From positions 145,409,767-145,473,766 of the forward strand of contig NC_068982.1 of assembly GCF_001194135.2 (NCBI RefSeq): DNA of 64,000 bases. The letters run 5' to 3'. Source of the DNA: Octopus bimaculoides. Its lineage: Eukaryota. Below are positions 25,106-36,261 of this stretch, one piece after another (position 1 is the stretch's first letter; the number at the start of each line of letters is the position of its first letter). A model generated the notes under the pieces. That model was not told where the DNA came from. It saw nothing but the letters and a program-made list of their open reading frames with translations, and searched no databases. Position numbers and translations under genes: made by a program.

Positions 25106-26010
25106 TATTGAACATATTCCTCATCTTAGGGTATATACTTATAACAAGGTTCAAACTAATTCTCGATTTTTCTGTGAAAACATTCGGGTTTGCACTGATG
25201 TACTCACTTCTACACAACGTTTCTGTCATTGAAATGATTTGATTTCAAAGGCTGTCCTTCACTAGGCAGAACAGGTGGCAGGCGTAAGACGCCATCTGCG
25301 GGATGTACGATGATGGCACAACTACTGATCAACCCAATTTGCCGATTGCTTGATTTATTGCTAAAGATATGTGTGTTTGTATTGTCGTGGTAAATGTGCA
25401 TCTCCTCAGATTCTTGTTCGAATTCTCTCTCCAAATTTGCTTCTGTTAACCTTTTTGTGTCCCTCACTATATTTATCACTGTCCATGGTACAAACACATC
25501 ATCTCAAACGACAGTCACCTTGAGTTTCTGTGCCAACTGCTTGTTCGTCAACATTTTAGGTCAAGGAGAAGTGCAAATCTGTTCCATTAACTGATTCTTC
25601 GTTTTCTGATAATATACACACGCTCACATTCCATCCACTCTCACAAGATGAAACCGCCTATGACATCATACGCTTTTAGAAGATAAAAGTAGATTTCTAC
25701 CAGTTTCTCCTCTAAATCGTGTCAAACTCCGAGGTACTCATTTTCCACAGACTTTCAGACACATAAAATCTGAAATTTCCACCATATTCTGCAATGTAAT
25801 ATAGCCACAATCCAGGTGTAGAGCAAGCTCACGAATCGTGGTTCGTCCGACCTTGCAAATCGCTTATTTCATTCGCTGATGTTTCACAACTGATGGCTTT
25901 TCCTCTATATGATTTGTTTTCAATGTTAGTTTCCGTTCTTTTAGGCTTCTTTGCCCATGCATATTGCTCTTGTAACTAGTGTCGTATATGAAAATACATG
26001 CATTCCAGTC
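25106..26010 (-). pseudogene. Decayed mariner transposase, near full length
   Basis: KVCGK*VPRSLT (cf. KVCARWVPRLLT); CVYYQKTKNQLMEQICTSP*PK (cf. WVHYYEPESKRQSMEW...SP.PK); HIYHDNTNTH (cf. LHHDNARPH); CHLFCLVKDSL (cf. DYHLFGPLKDAL). Confidence 0.8.
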
Positions 26011-26487
26011 CTAAGAACTGATGGAGAATATTCTGCTGGAGCTCTCTCTGCAGTGGAAGGTCCTCTCACGTCTAGTGCATTCAAACACGTTAAATATGGA
26101 GATATTTAGATCCTTGGATTCAATTTAAATTCCTGAAAGCTTAGGTAAGTTTGTATTTGGACCTGTTCTGGCTAAGACGTTCTCAGAGATTTTTCATTGA
26201 ATGCGAAGTTTTGATAGTATAGGGGGCTGGGAATATGTTAATTCTACGAACAGATCGTCGATCAAATCAGACATTGGTGTCCTTATACTTTGAAATCTCC
26301 TGAAGAGCCATCATGTAGTGTGCGTGTGTGTGCGCGCGTGTGTGTGTGTGTGCGTGGCTGGGTGGCTGGGTTGGTGCGTATGTGTGCGCGCATGCGTATT
26401 TATGAGAGTGTCTAGGTAAGTATTTGACACTCACACGCACACACAAACAAATACATACATACATGCTGAAAGAAGACAAATAGACTA

Positions 26488-26490
26488 GTG

Positions 26491-26551
<61 letters not shown>

Positions 26552-26584
26552 GTCTGTCTGTCAGTCCGCTTGTCTGTGTGTCTG

Positions 26585-26633
<49 letters not shown>

Positions 26634-26634
26634 A

Positions 26635-26677
<43 letters not shown>

Positions 26678-26712
26678 TTCTCTGTCTCTCTATCTAAGTA
26701 TCTATCTATACA
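26488..26712. repeat. (TATC)n/(TGTC)n compound microsatellite
   Basis: Direct reading. Confidence 0.95.
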
Positions 26713-27484
26713 TGGATGTATCCTGAAGCACATACTATGCACAAAATACTTTTGATTCTGCGCGTATGTCTGATTCTGCTTGATACACAAGCATGTACAA
26801 AAGTGTTAAACAAATTATCTAGATACTTGCTTAGAAATATTACGAATAAAAAGAACACGAAAGGAATGTTTGTAATAAGTAAAAAGAAAGTGTTAGTTCT
26901 GAAATATTATTCGCATAGAATTTTTAACCGAAAAATACATTACTTAGTTATGGAAATTTAAAACATAAGCTTTCCCTTTGGATCATTTATATCTGAAGTC
27001 GTATTGGCTGTTCTTTATGGGAGAGCTAAATTCGTAATACAAGAAGGAAAATTATCATACGTGAATTTATCCTCCAATTTCACATCCTCATTTGTTTCAT
27101 TTATAAAAATACATAGAAAATGTTGCATGACTGAGAGCTTAGAATGTTTCCTTAGCAAACATAAGGCACCAGGTTCGATTTTGGATCCGTGATTTTTACG
27201 CCAGCCTTTTACTGACCCATGCAGTTTAAATTAAATTCAGTTGGCAGGAAATGTTTAGAAGCTTGTCAGATGGATAGCACTAGCAATTCATTAATTCATT
27301 GAGTAATCATATTATTATTCTGTTGTATTGATACTACTTGAAAATAACAATAACCTTGTGAGTGGCTGTGGAGTAAATAGACGCTTAGAGTTCATCATTA
27401 CACACACGCACACACTCATGTATGTATGCCTATATCTATATATGTATGTATGCATATACGTGTATATATATATATGTATATATA

Positions 27485-28425
27485 NNNNNNNNNNNNNNNN
27501 NNNNNNNNNNNNNNNNNNNNNNNNNNNNNNNNNNNNNNNNNNNNNNNNNNNNNNNNNNNNNNNNNNNNNNNNNNNNNNNNNNNNNNNNNNNNNNNNNNNN
27601 NNNNNNNNNNNNNNNNNNNNNNNNNNNNNNNNNNNNNNNNNNNNNNNNNNNNNNNNNNNNNNNNNNNNNNNNNNNNNNNNNNNNNNNNNNNNNNNNNNNN
27701 NNNNNNNNNNNNNNNNNNNNNNNNNNNNNNNNNNNNNNNNNNNNNNNNNNNNNNNNNNNNNNNNNNNNNNNNNNNNNNNNNNNNNNNNNNNNNNNNNNNN
27801 NNNNNNNNNNNNNNNNNNNNNNNNNNNNNNNNNNNNNNNNNNNNNNNNNNNNNNNNNNNNNNNNNNNNNNNNNNNNNNNNNNNNNNNNNNNNNNNNNNNN
27901 NNNNNNNNNNNNNNNNNNNNNNNNNNNNNNNNNNNNNNNNNNNNNNNNNNNNNNNNNNNNNNNNNNNNNNNNNNNNNNNNNNNNNNNNNNNNNNNNNNNN
28001 NNNNNNNNNNNNNNNNNNNNNNNNNNNNNNNNNNNNNNNNNNNNNNNNNNNNNNNNNNNNNNNNNNNNNNNNNNNNNNNNNNNNNNNNNNNNNNNNNNNN
28101 NNNNNNNNNNNNNNNNNNNNNNNNNNNNNNNNNNNNNNNNNNNNNNNNNNNNNNNNNNNNNNNNNNNNNNNNNNNNNNNNNNNNNNNNNNNNNNNNNNNN
28201 NNNNNNNNNNNNNNNNNNNNNNNNNNNNNNNNNNNNNNNNNNNNNNNNNNNNNNNNNNNNNNNNNNNNNNNNNNNNNNNNNNNNNNNNNNNNNNNNNNNN
28301 NNNNNNNNNNNNNNNNNNNNNNNNNNNNNNNNNNNNNNNNNNNNNNNNNNNNNNNNNNNNNNNNNNNNNNNNNNNNNNNNNNNNNNNNNNNNNNNNNNNN
28401 NNNNNNNNNNNNNNNNNNNNNNNNN
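27485..28425. other. Assembly gap (N run) flanked by (TA)n
   Basis: Direct reading. Other large gaps: 19538-19626, 44684-44795, 54263-54673, 60300-60718. Confidence 0.99.
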
Positions 28426-29610
28426 TATATATATATATACAAAGTTTTGATTTAAAAAAACTTTAACGATATTATAAACTATAAAGATTAATAATTAATC
28501 AAATATTATTAATAAAAAATAATCGAAAATATATCAACACTATTCAAATCAAAGTTCTAATGTTATGTTGAAATGAAACTATAACTTCTAAATAATTTAG
28601 TGTTAACTAAGTTATCTATTAAAAATAATCTATAAAGAACCAAATGAATAGTATAAAAACAAGAATACATATTATTTTCAAATAGTAGAAAATCTTTAGC
28701 AAAGTGAAAACAGTACTTATCCAAATTTTTCCGTAATACAATTTGAATTACATATATAACTAATTACATATAAATCTAATTGTGTACCAAATAGAATCCT
28801 TGGTACACTATTAGTTACTTGGAAAATAAATAGGAATGTCTTTGTTGATAATTTTCCCATTCTAATATAATTTGATGTTTATAGATCACTAGGTGTTTAA
28901 AACCACTTGATTATTAAATGGAAAATTATCAAAAGTGCATTCATAATCGTTTTTTCACATGCACACACAAACATACACAGAAACACACACACAAGCATAC
29001 ACACACAAACACACAGACAGACACACACACGCACACAAATACGCACCCACACACAAAATAAGTAAGATGCTAATACAGAGTGTGTGTAGTAAAAATGCAA
29101 ATATTATTCGCTTGTACGACGGCCTCTTTGAAGGAAGCCACCGGGTTACATAGAGAAACATTGTATAGCTGTATAATTTCGATAGATTAGTGACATGGAG
29201 AATGTCACCTCGTATTCATCGTACAAAGAGAAGCAGCCTAGATCTGCTAAAAGCAACCTATGTGAAATTGTTCAAAATTCGTCCTGAGACACCGAAAGTG
29301 TCAGTACGTTATTTCAATATATGAGATGACAACAAATGAAAAGATTATGCAAATGATTTAATTAGCTTCGATCTTTACGCATAATATTTATTAAAAGTAG
29401 CTGTATCCTGGGTTACGTCACTCTTAGTGCAGACACTCTTTGCATAATTATAATACATATGGTCGAGTCTAGTTTAGCTGTTTTGGGATTCTTCATGCAG
29501 AGATAGACCTCTGGTTTAACCAGAGTTTCTATCTACTCACCAAAGCTGCAATTAATTCATGTATGTTTGTGTGTGTGTGTTTGTGTGTGTGTATGTATGC
29601 ATATTTGTAA

Positions 29611-29641
<31 letters not shown>

Positions 29642-29844
29642 TGTATGTGTGTGTGCGTTTGTGTATGTGTAAAACAACAAGAAAATGTTGAAAACACACT
29701 AGATTTACATTATATATGTGTGTGTGTGTATGCATATATGTGTGCGTGTGTATGCTTGTATGTGTGTGTGTGTGTTTTTGTGAGTGTAAAACAATAAGAA
29801 AAAGTTGAAAAGATATCTATATATATGTTTTATTCTTTTATTAT

Positions 29845-29892
29845 TTTACTTGTTTTAGTCATTTTACTGCGACCATGCTAGCGTACTGCCTT
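29845..29892 (-). mobile_element. SINE family A 3' tail fragment
   Basis: TTTTACTTGTTTTAGTCATTTTACTGCGACCATGCTAGCGTACTGCCTT matches TTCAGTCATTTGACTGCGGCCATGCTGGAGCACCGCCTT. Confidence 0.7.
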
Positions 29893-30092
29893 TATGTACA
29901 TATGAATCAAGTTTTATTTGTTAAATTAGCAAATAAATATTTTCATTTTGTGTCAATAAGTGTAAGAAAAGAAAAGAAAAATATAAAACTAATGTTGCTC
30001 AAAGCAAATATTTTCATTTAACGGTTTTGGTCAGAAAATATGAATATATGTTTACACAAATCAGTTTTATAAATGTATATATATATATATAT

Positions 30093-30139
<47 letters not shown>

Positions 30140-30406
30140 GAAAGAAAGAGAGAGTGATCATCTACTACTAAAAATTTTTCGTATTTCAAAAATACTTTTA
30201 GTGCAATTTGTATCCAAATAGAGGTTCTCAGTAGTGTAATAAGTCACATTTTACTGCCTGGTCTTTAGTGTCGTTTAGTTTATCAGAGTTGTCCTAAGGG
30301 CATGCGACTGCAGATCCATGTAGGATTAATATTTTATATAACCATATTGCTATATGTATGTGTATATGTATGTATGTATGTATTTATATACTGCTGTGTG
30401 CCTGCG

Positions 30407-30452
<46 letters not shown>

Positions 30453-30488
30453 CACACATACACAGACACAGACACACACAGACACACA

Positions 30489-30529
<41 letters not shown>

Positions 30530-30615
30530 CGTGCGGACGGTATTTGAGGACACGTTTTTTTAGCCATTATTTTATTTGACTAACTTTTACGGAACTTCTA
30601 TTTTAGAAAATAACA

Positions 30616-31278
30616 ATGACAGGCTCCATGCTTACTAACGAAAGGAAAGAGCTTGCTGTGATAATGGCTTTGAAATCTAAGCATGGTGATATAGAAATTT
30701 CTCATTTCCTGAAAGTTGAAAGATCTTCCGGCAACAAGATTCGGTATCAGATAGAGAAAGAAACTGGAAGCGTATTATCTGTATCAAAGCGTACAAAACA
30801 TTTCAAACGCTCTGATTCTATCAGGACACCTGAATTTATTCAGGAAGTTAAGCAAAACATTGAAGAAATTCCAGGAAATTCAAGGAGGTCAATTGCAAAA
30901 AATTTCGTGTGTCAGAAAAAAAAAATAAAGCAATGAGCAATGTTGTGCTTGATTACATCAGATACAAATTTTACGTGATGAGGAGAGGTCAATTCATGTC
31001 AGCAAATGCAAAAGAAAACCGATTAATCAGATACCAGAGATTTAGAACGAACTTAAAAATCCATTAGATGGTGCGATTTGTTTTTTCTCGGATGAGAGAA
31101 ACTTTGATCAGAAACAGAAAACTAACAAAAGAAATGACAGACCCTTCTAAGATTCCAAAAAAAAAATGCACTCAAAATTTCCTACCAGTGCAATGGCTTT
31201 GAGTGTTGTTAGCAATGAAAGACTTGTAAGGCCTCCTCACTTTTTACCGGAAAGCCTTGGGATAGATACTGCTGTGTA
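30616..31278 (+). pseudogene. Decayed IS630-Tc1-mariner transposase, maT/DD37D type, 5' portion
   Basis: ORF 30616..30936 (RSDSIRTPEFIQEVKQNIEEIPGNSRRSIAK), then in shifted frames IRYKFYVMRRGQFMS, FFSDEKNFDQ (first catalytic D), KFPTSAMALSVVSNE..PPHF. Confidence 0.88.
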
Positions 31279-31279
31279 A

Positions 31280-31446
31280 TTGTCGGCCATCCATTCTTGT
31301 GTCATTTAAGCCTGGTGTGAGGGTGCAGAATCTTTGTGAAAGACATAAGACCTTCCATTGCATACACTGTTGATCTAAGGGTTAATAACTTTATCCAGAT
31401 CCTCAATATACGCAGCAGTATCTATCCCAGGGCTTTCCGGTAAAAA
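31280..31446 (-). pseudogene. Inverted continuation of the maT transposase
   Basis: Minus strand: LPESPGIDTAAYIEDLDKVINP*INSVCNGRSYVFHKDSAPSHQA*MTQEWMADN (second catalytic D, cf. YVFQQDSAPSH). Confidence 0.85.
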
Positions 31447-31796
31447 ATATCAAACTGGGTGAATCTACATGTGGATTTATTCTCGATAGAACGGAACCAG
31501 TCGACCACAGCTGCGCTGGAGTTTCATTGAATCCACCATGTAGCTTTTCTGATATTGGAGTTGATAGTATCGAGAATACGTTTTCTAATAATACCTATCT
31601 CAGTTTTAGAGGGGTTGATCAGCCTGCCTTTGGGATTGGAGTGGAAGTTACGCATATGGTACTTAAGTATAATATAGGAGGATTGGAAGCAGTCCACGTA
31701 ATCCTCTATATTAAGGCGGATGGCAAGCTCCTTTGCATTTGTATTTATGTCATTGTATATGGAGATATGCCCGTCTGGCAACTTTCAGGCATCTGA
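31447..31796 (-). mobile_element. Penelope-like RT fragment (Naiad-type, tentative clade)
   Basis: YNDINTNAKELAIRLNIEDYV...ILKYHMRNFHSNPKGRLINPSKTEIGIIRKRILDTINSNIRKATWWIQ*NSSAAVVDWFRSIENKSTCRFTQFDI matches the recalled motif set TLKDHK.NF.N.P.CRLINPSKSEIG...QW.N...VI.WF..I..K...F..FDI. Confidence 0.8.
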
Positions 31797-31831
31797 CTGC
31801 CGACAATCCGGATATATCACCTTAACACCAG

Positions 31832-31921
31832 CTGCTACTTTGCACCACCTGCTACTTTGCACCACCTGCTACTTTGCACCACCTGCTACTTTGCACCACC
31901 TGCTACTTTGCACCACCTGCT
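31832..31921. repeat. Perfect 17-bp minisatellite (CTGCTACTTTGCACCAC) x5.3
   Basis: Units start at 31832, 31849, 31866, 31883, 31900; partial at 31917. Confidence 0.95.
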
Positions 31922-33142
31922 CTAACTCACCGCTACAAACCAACTCCATGAGCAGGATCACCATTTACCAATCCCCAACGTTTACCAACCCCAACGCCTA
32001 CCAACCCCCAACACGTACCAATTCTCATCGCTTACCAGCCCTGACGCTTGTTTGGCGCGTGTATCCTTGCGAATGCGCGCGTGTGAATGCACTTGTGCAT
32101 GCGCATGCATGTGTGCGAGCACACTGGTATAAATACGTACATCCATGCGAATATACATACGGACATATGAATGAATACGCATGTATGTGTGTATGCCTGT
32201 ATGTGTGTGCATGTGTACGTATGAGTGTGTATGTGCGTGCGCGTGCGCGCGTTCGTTTTCGTTCAAGCGTGTGTATGTGTGTGTGTGTGCAGAACTGCGC
32301 GTGCACGCACATGTACACATCAATATACATATGCACACAAAACTATATGAGCGTATCTACACACCCACATATAGAACTAAATACTTGAAAATGCCACCCC
32401 TTTCTAATTCTTACCCAACAAACTGACCAACTTCTAGTCTATTTCCTGATCTCCTCTTGCTTGTTGTCATGGTCGCCATGCAGTATTTTCCAACTAACTG
32501 TTACCCGTATACCAACAACAAACGACGAAACCACGTGATCTTACTCGACCAATCTATATATTATAGTTTGTTTTATCATTTATATTTACTTTTAAACACT
32601 CAAAATACTTCAAATTTTATATAATTTTCTACTAATCCTTTCCTGTCTTTTATTTACGTTGATATTGGCTAAGAACCAAAAATTAGTTTGAGCATCTTAA
32701 TTGATAACATACAAATGTATTTATAATTACATTTATTCTTTGTTGCCAATACCGATATAAATTTATGAATTATCTGTGTTCCATATGTTATATATATATA
32801 TATATATATTTCTATATGTATGTATGTTTATACATTCAGGATAATTTTATAATTTTGTATGTACACAGCAGTGTTGCGGCATTGATGTAACTATGATGTT
32901 CTGTTGAACTCAAGACCAAATCTTCTATATCTCTATTTATTATTTGTAAATGTACAAGAGTACTATGCAACGTGTTGCATGCATATTGGTGTAATCATGT
33001 AAGATGATTTATTATACACTGAAATTATTATTACATGATGAAAGATATAAAACCGTCGTCGTCCTATGATGGTTAAATAAATACTTTCACCTCTTATACC
33101 TCATGACTTTGACTTTTTATGACCTATGTATATGTACGTATG

Positions 33143-33215
<73 letters not shown>

Positions 33216-33559
33216 GTGTGTGTATGTATATATATATATACAATAACTAGGGACGACACCTATTGTCGATAAATAAGATACAGATTAATGAACACTAAAA
33301 GCAGTCCATTAATTTTCTTGCAGGTGTCTCTTGATTGCGCTTCTTGTTTGAGCTTTTGCAATGTGGCATTTGTTCATTATCATGCGATTGAATTTAATTA
33401 TAGTATCTATTATAGTGTCTCATATATATTGGGTCATACCAATTTCAAGTTGCAGATATTGATGCTTTCCTTGAAAGCAAATAAATAAGTTAGCACCGTC
33501 ATGGTTAATGATTAATCTCCTGCTTGTACATTGCTACAATTTTCTCAAACTGTTTTACT

Positions 33560-33665
33560 GCTAATATATTATATGTATGAGTGTATGTATGTTTGCATGT
33601 ATGCATGTATGTATGTATGTATGTATGTATGTATGTATGTATGTATATATGCATGCATGTATGTA

Positions 33666-33731
<66 letters not shown>

Positions 33732-33810
33732 CATATATACATACATACAGACACATACATATATGTATTCATACGCACACATACACATATATATGTATGC
33801 ATACGCAAAA
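33560..33810. repeat. Compound (TATG)n/(TA)n/(CATA)n microsatellite
   Basis: Direct reading; source of six artefactual ORFs. Confidence 0.95.
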
Positions 33811-34427
33811 TCTCGCACACAGCCATATTTACATTCTCGCAACATGTACACGCAGGAAAACGAATATGAGCTTGTTGGTGATTCTATTTTATGAGATGAC
33901 TTATTTGCCTTTTTTAAAAGTATGTTCCTCAACAGATCCTTTCTAGTTGAGGAATGGCATATTGGCATATTTGACAAACACTTAAAACGAATGTTTATGT
34001 GGTGAAACGGAAGTATAAACCTGATTAGCTGACTGGATATGAAATACAGTTTTTTTGTTTGAAATTTTAAAACAATTCAGAAACACGTTCAACGATATCC
34101 ATCAAATGTGGTAAATTCTGGACCCGAACATGATCCCCCAGTCTTCTAATGCTAGTGTGGTAGGGACGCTTTTGAATTTCTATGATATTAAGTCTGATCG
34201 ATCACCACGATAGTTCAGCCACAGTTGAAGTTGTAGCGTTGTCTCTCCACGCTATTCGCGACTTATTCATAATTGGAAACTTTCCTCCTAGTAAACAAAC
34301 TATAGAATAGAAAACAAATCTTAAAATCAGTGGTAATTAAGGCTTGTATCTAGAATTGGATATGATAACTCTCGAACCGATGATACCAGTGATAATGGGT
34401 CCCGCCGATGAACTTCGTGTATACAAG

Positions 34428-34505
34428 TATGTTCAGCGGCATGCTGCACAAAATATACAGCTTTTGATATTCCTTGGATAAATTGTAAAAATCTCGAAAG
34501 AGCTG
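34428..34505 (+). CDS. Candidate exon A (CSAACCTKYTAFDIPWINCKNLERA); 5' boundary uncertain
   Basis: Donor CTG|GTAAGC at 34506; only one frame is open over the last 90 nt; ends in phase 1. Acceptor weak. Confidence 0.25.
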
Positions 34506-35232
34506 GTAAGCGTTTCTGTTTTCCTGCACTTGACCTGTTACCTTATGCGTTACAAAACTGTGTCTTTTTGATTAAACCATTCGTATAAATTCTCAAAAAA
34601 GAATCTTTAACACTGATATACTTAAAAATCGTTTTTCTGAATCATTTGTGCGCAACTTGAGATTGCCCACTAAAATTTACAAGGGTAGGCTGCAGTTAAA
34701 TCAATAAAGAAACAATATTAGCTAAACTTAAAAAATAAAACAGCTGCGTATGACCAAATATATTTCTTCATACTATCTAATTGCCTCACGGACTTTATTC
34801 TTGATATTGATTTTTTGAATTGTTGTTAATGATATTAGACTCTGTGCCGCGCAACAGGACTTACTTGGACGTTTACTCTCAAGTGTCGTTAAAATCGACC
34901 CCAATTAGAGTTTTCTGTATCCCCAAGATTTAAACCTCTCAATACGCAAGCAAGTTCGTTTAACTCAACAGATGTCCGCTTTCATCATTCAGAAGCAAAT
35001 AGAATTCTGAAATAAGACATTACTAGTATCAAGTAACTCCTCCTGACTCATACAAGTCTATACTGCTAAAAGTAACAAGAAGCGGACTATAATGTTTAAC
35101 TACTCCAAGATATGTAATTTAGCTGTTTAGACTGTTACCAATATCTAAACCTGAGTTCACAAGATATGTCAGTGCAAGGTATTTAATATTCTCAATTTAC
35201 GTGTCTCATACCACTACTTTGTTTGATTCCAG

Positions 35233-35264
35233 TGATGAACTACCAATCGATTTTGACGCAGACG
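35233..35264 (+). CDS. Candidate 32-nt micro-exon B
   Basis: TTTGTTTGATTCCAG|TGATGAACTACCAATCGATTTTGACGCAGACG|GTCAGT; reads xMNYQSILTQT (phase 1 to 0) or xDELPIDFDAD (phase 2 to 1). Confidence 0.35.
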
Positions 35265-35521
35265 GTCAGTTGTTTCAGTTCAAACATTTTGTTTAAATCA
35301 AAGCAGGATTTTGTTTTTCCGGCCAAACTTGTTTGTGAAAATGAATTCGAATGTGCGTTCTTCTAGTATGTAACTGCCATGTATGGCAGCATGTTTGTTT
35401 GAAAATGTAACATAACACTGAAAAACAATAAATGTAAAATTTTCAACTGCTTCAGTCAAAAGTTTATATTATCAAATTAGTCGTAATGAATTGCTAGCTA
35501 AGTCTTGTTTTCTTTTTTCAG

Positions 35522-35566
35522 CAATGCCCGTATGCTCTAATAAGCAATCCTGATCTCGTATTGCGG
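35522..35566 (+). CDS. Candidate 45-nt exon C (QCPYALISNPDLVLR)
   Basis: Very strong acceptor TCTTGTTTTCTTTTTTCAG|; only phase 0 is open; donor CGG|GTTTGT is weak. Confidence 0.35.
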
Positions 35567-35650
35567 GTTTGTTTGTTTATTATTCCTAATGGACTCTTAT
35601 ACTCTGCAAGAATAAGATATCTAATTAATTCTCAGTTTCTTCTCTCAAAG

Positions 35651-35697
35651 GACTTTATAATGGCAATCATGGAATTATATTACAGACCCTGCGGAAG
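35651..35697 (+). CDS. Candidate 47-nt exon D
   Basis: CTAAT branch-like site, acceptor TTTCTTCTCTCAAAG|, donors AAG|GTAAAT (35698) or GAA|GTAAGT (35709); reads DFIMAIMELYYRPCG or GLYNGNHGIILQTLRK. Confidence 0.3.
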
Positions 35698-35794
35698 GTA
35701 AATTCGAAGTAAGTTGATGTACGAATAACACGAGGCAAAAATGCTTTAAGCAAACATTAATTTACTTTAAGTTATATAGACTTCCACAGACAGA

Positions 35795-35798
<4 letters not shown>

Positions 35799-35883
<85 letters not shown>

Positions 35884-35886
35884 GAG
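35799..35886. repeat. (GA)n microsatellite
   Basis: Direct reading. Confidence 0.96.
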
Positions 35887-36188
35887 TGGGGGAGAAAGAG
35901 AGCAGAGTCTATTTATAGTAGCAGAAGCAAGCAACGTGTAGCAACTGCAGAATCTCCTGAAGGTTCAAGCGTTTCTACTGTTGTAAGAATAATTCAAAAA
36001 TATTACATATTTACTTCCTCATCATCCCTTCGAGCGTTAAGCAGCTTTTAGTATTCTCAACCGTAGTTTCTTGCATAAAGACGATTTTCACTTTTCTTTG
36101 TTTATGGTATATTATTAGAGATAATATATTTGGTGTCATAAATAAAGGCAAGAGCCTTAAAAAGGATAATGCTTTCTTTGCGCATTAC

Positions 36189-36261
36189 TCAAAGTCTTTG
36201 CACTGTGTTTACAAAGAGGAATTTGTTTCAATTCCTGGAAGTGTTCTCTTTCACACGTAAT
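36189..36261 (-). CDS. Candidate 73-nt exon (ITCEREHFQELKQIPLCKHSAKTL)
   Basis: Minus-strand acceptor TATCTTACTGCTTTAG|, donor TGA|GTAATG; only phase 0 is open. Confidence 0.22.

Noticed and set aside
27315-28466. Longest ORFs in the track (342-375 aa), and similar ORFs at 54136-54831, 60035-60853, 19358-19762 and 44585-44984
   Set aside because: They run through N gaps translated as X; artefacts.
31832-31921. Direct-repeat array as a CRISPR candidate
   Set aside because: Units are contiguous with no spacers and the context is eukaryotic; it is a minisatellite.
33505-33977. Stacks of overlapping HT/YI/CV-repeat ORFs (also at 3079-3390, 8908-9207, 17051-17319, 29529-30567, 38514-38808, 45801-46058, 57065-57382)
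   Set aside because: Dinucleotide and tetranucleotide repeats lack stops in most frames.
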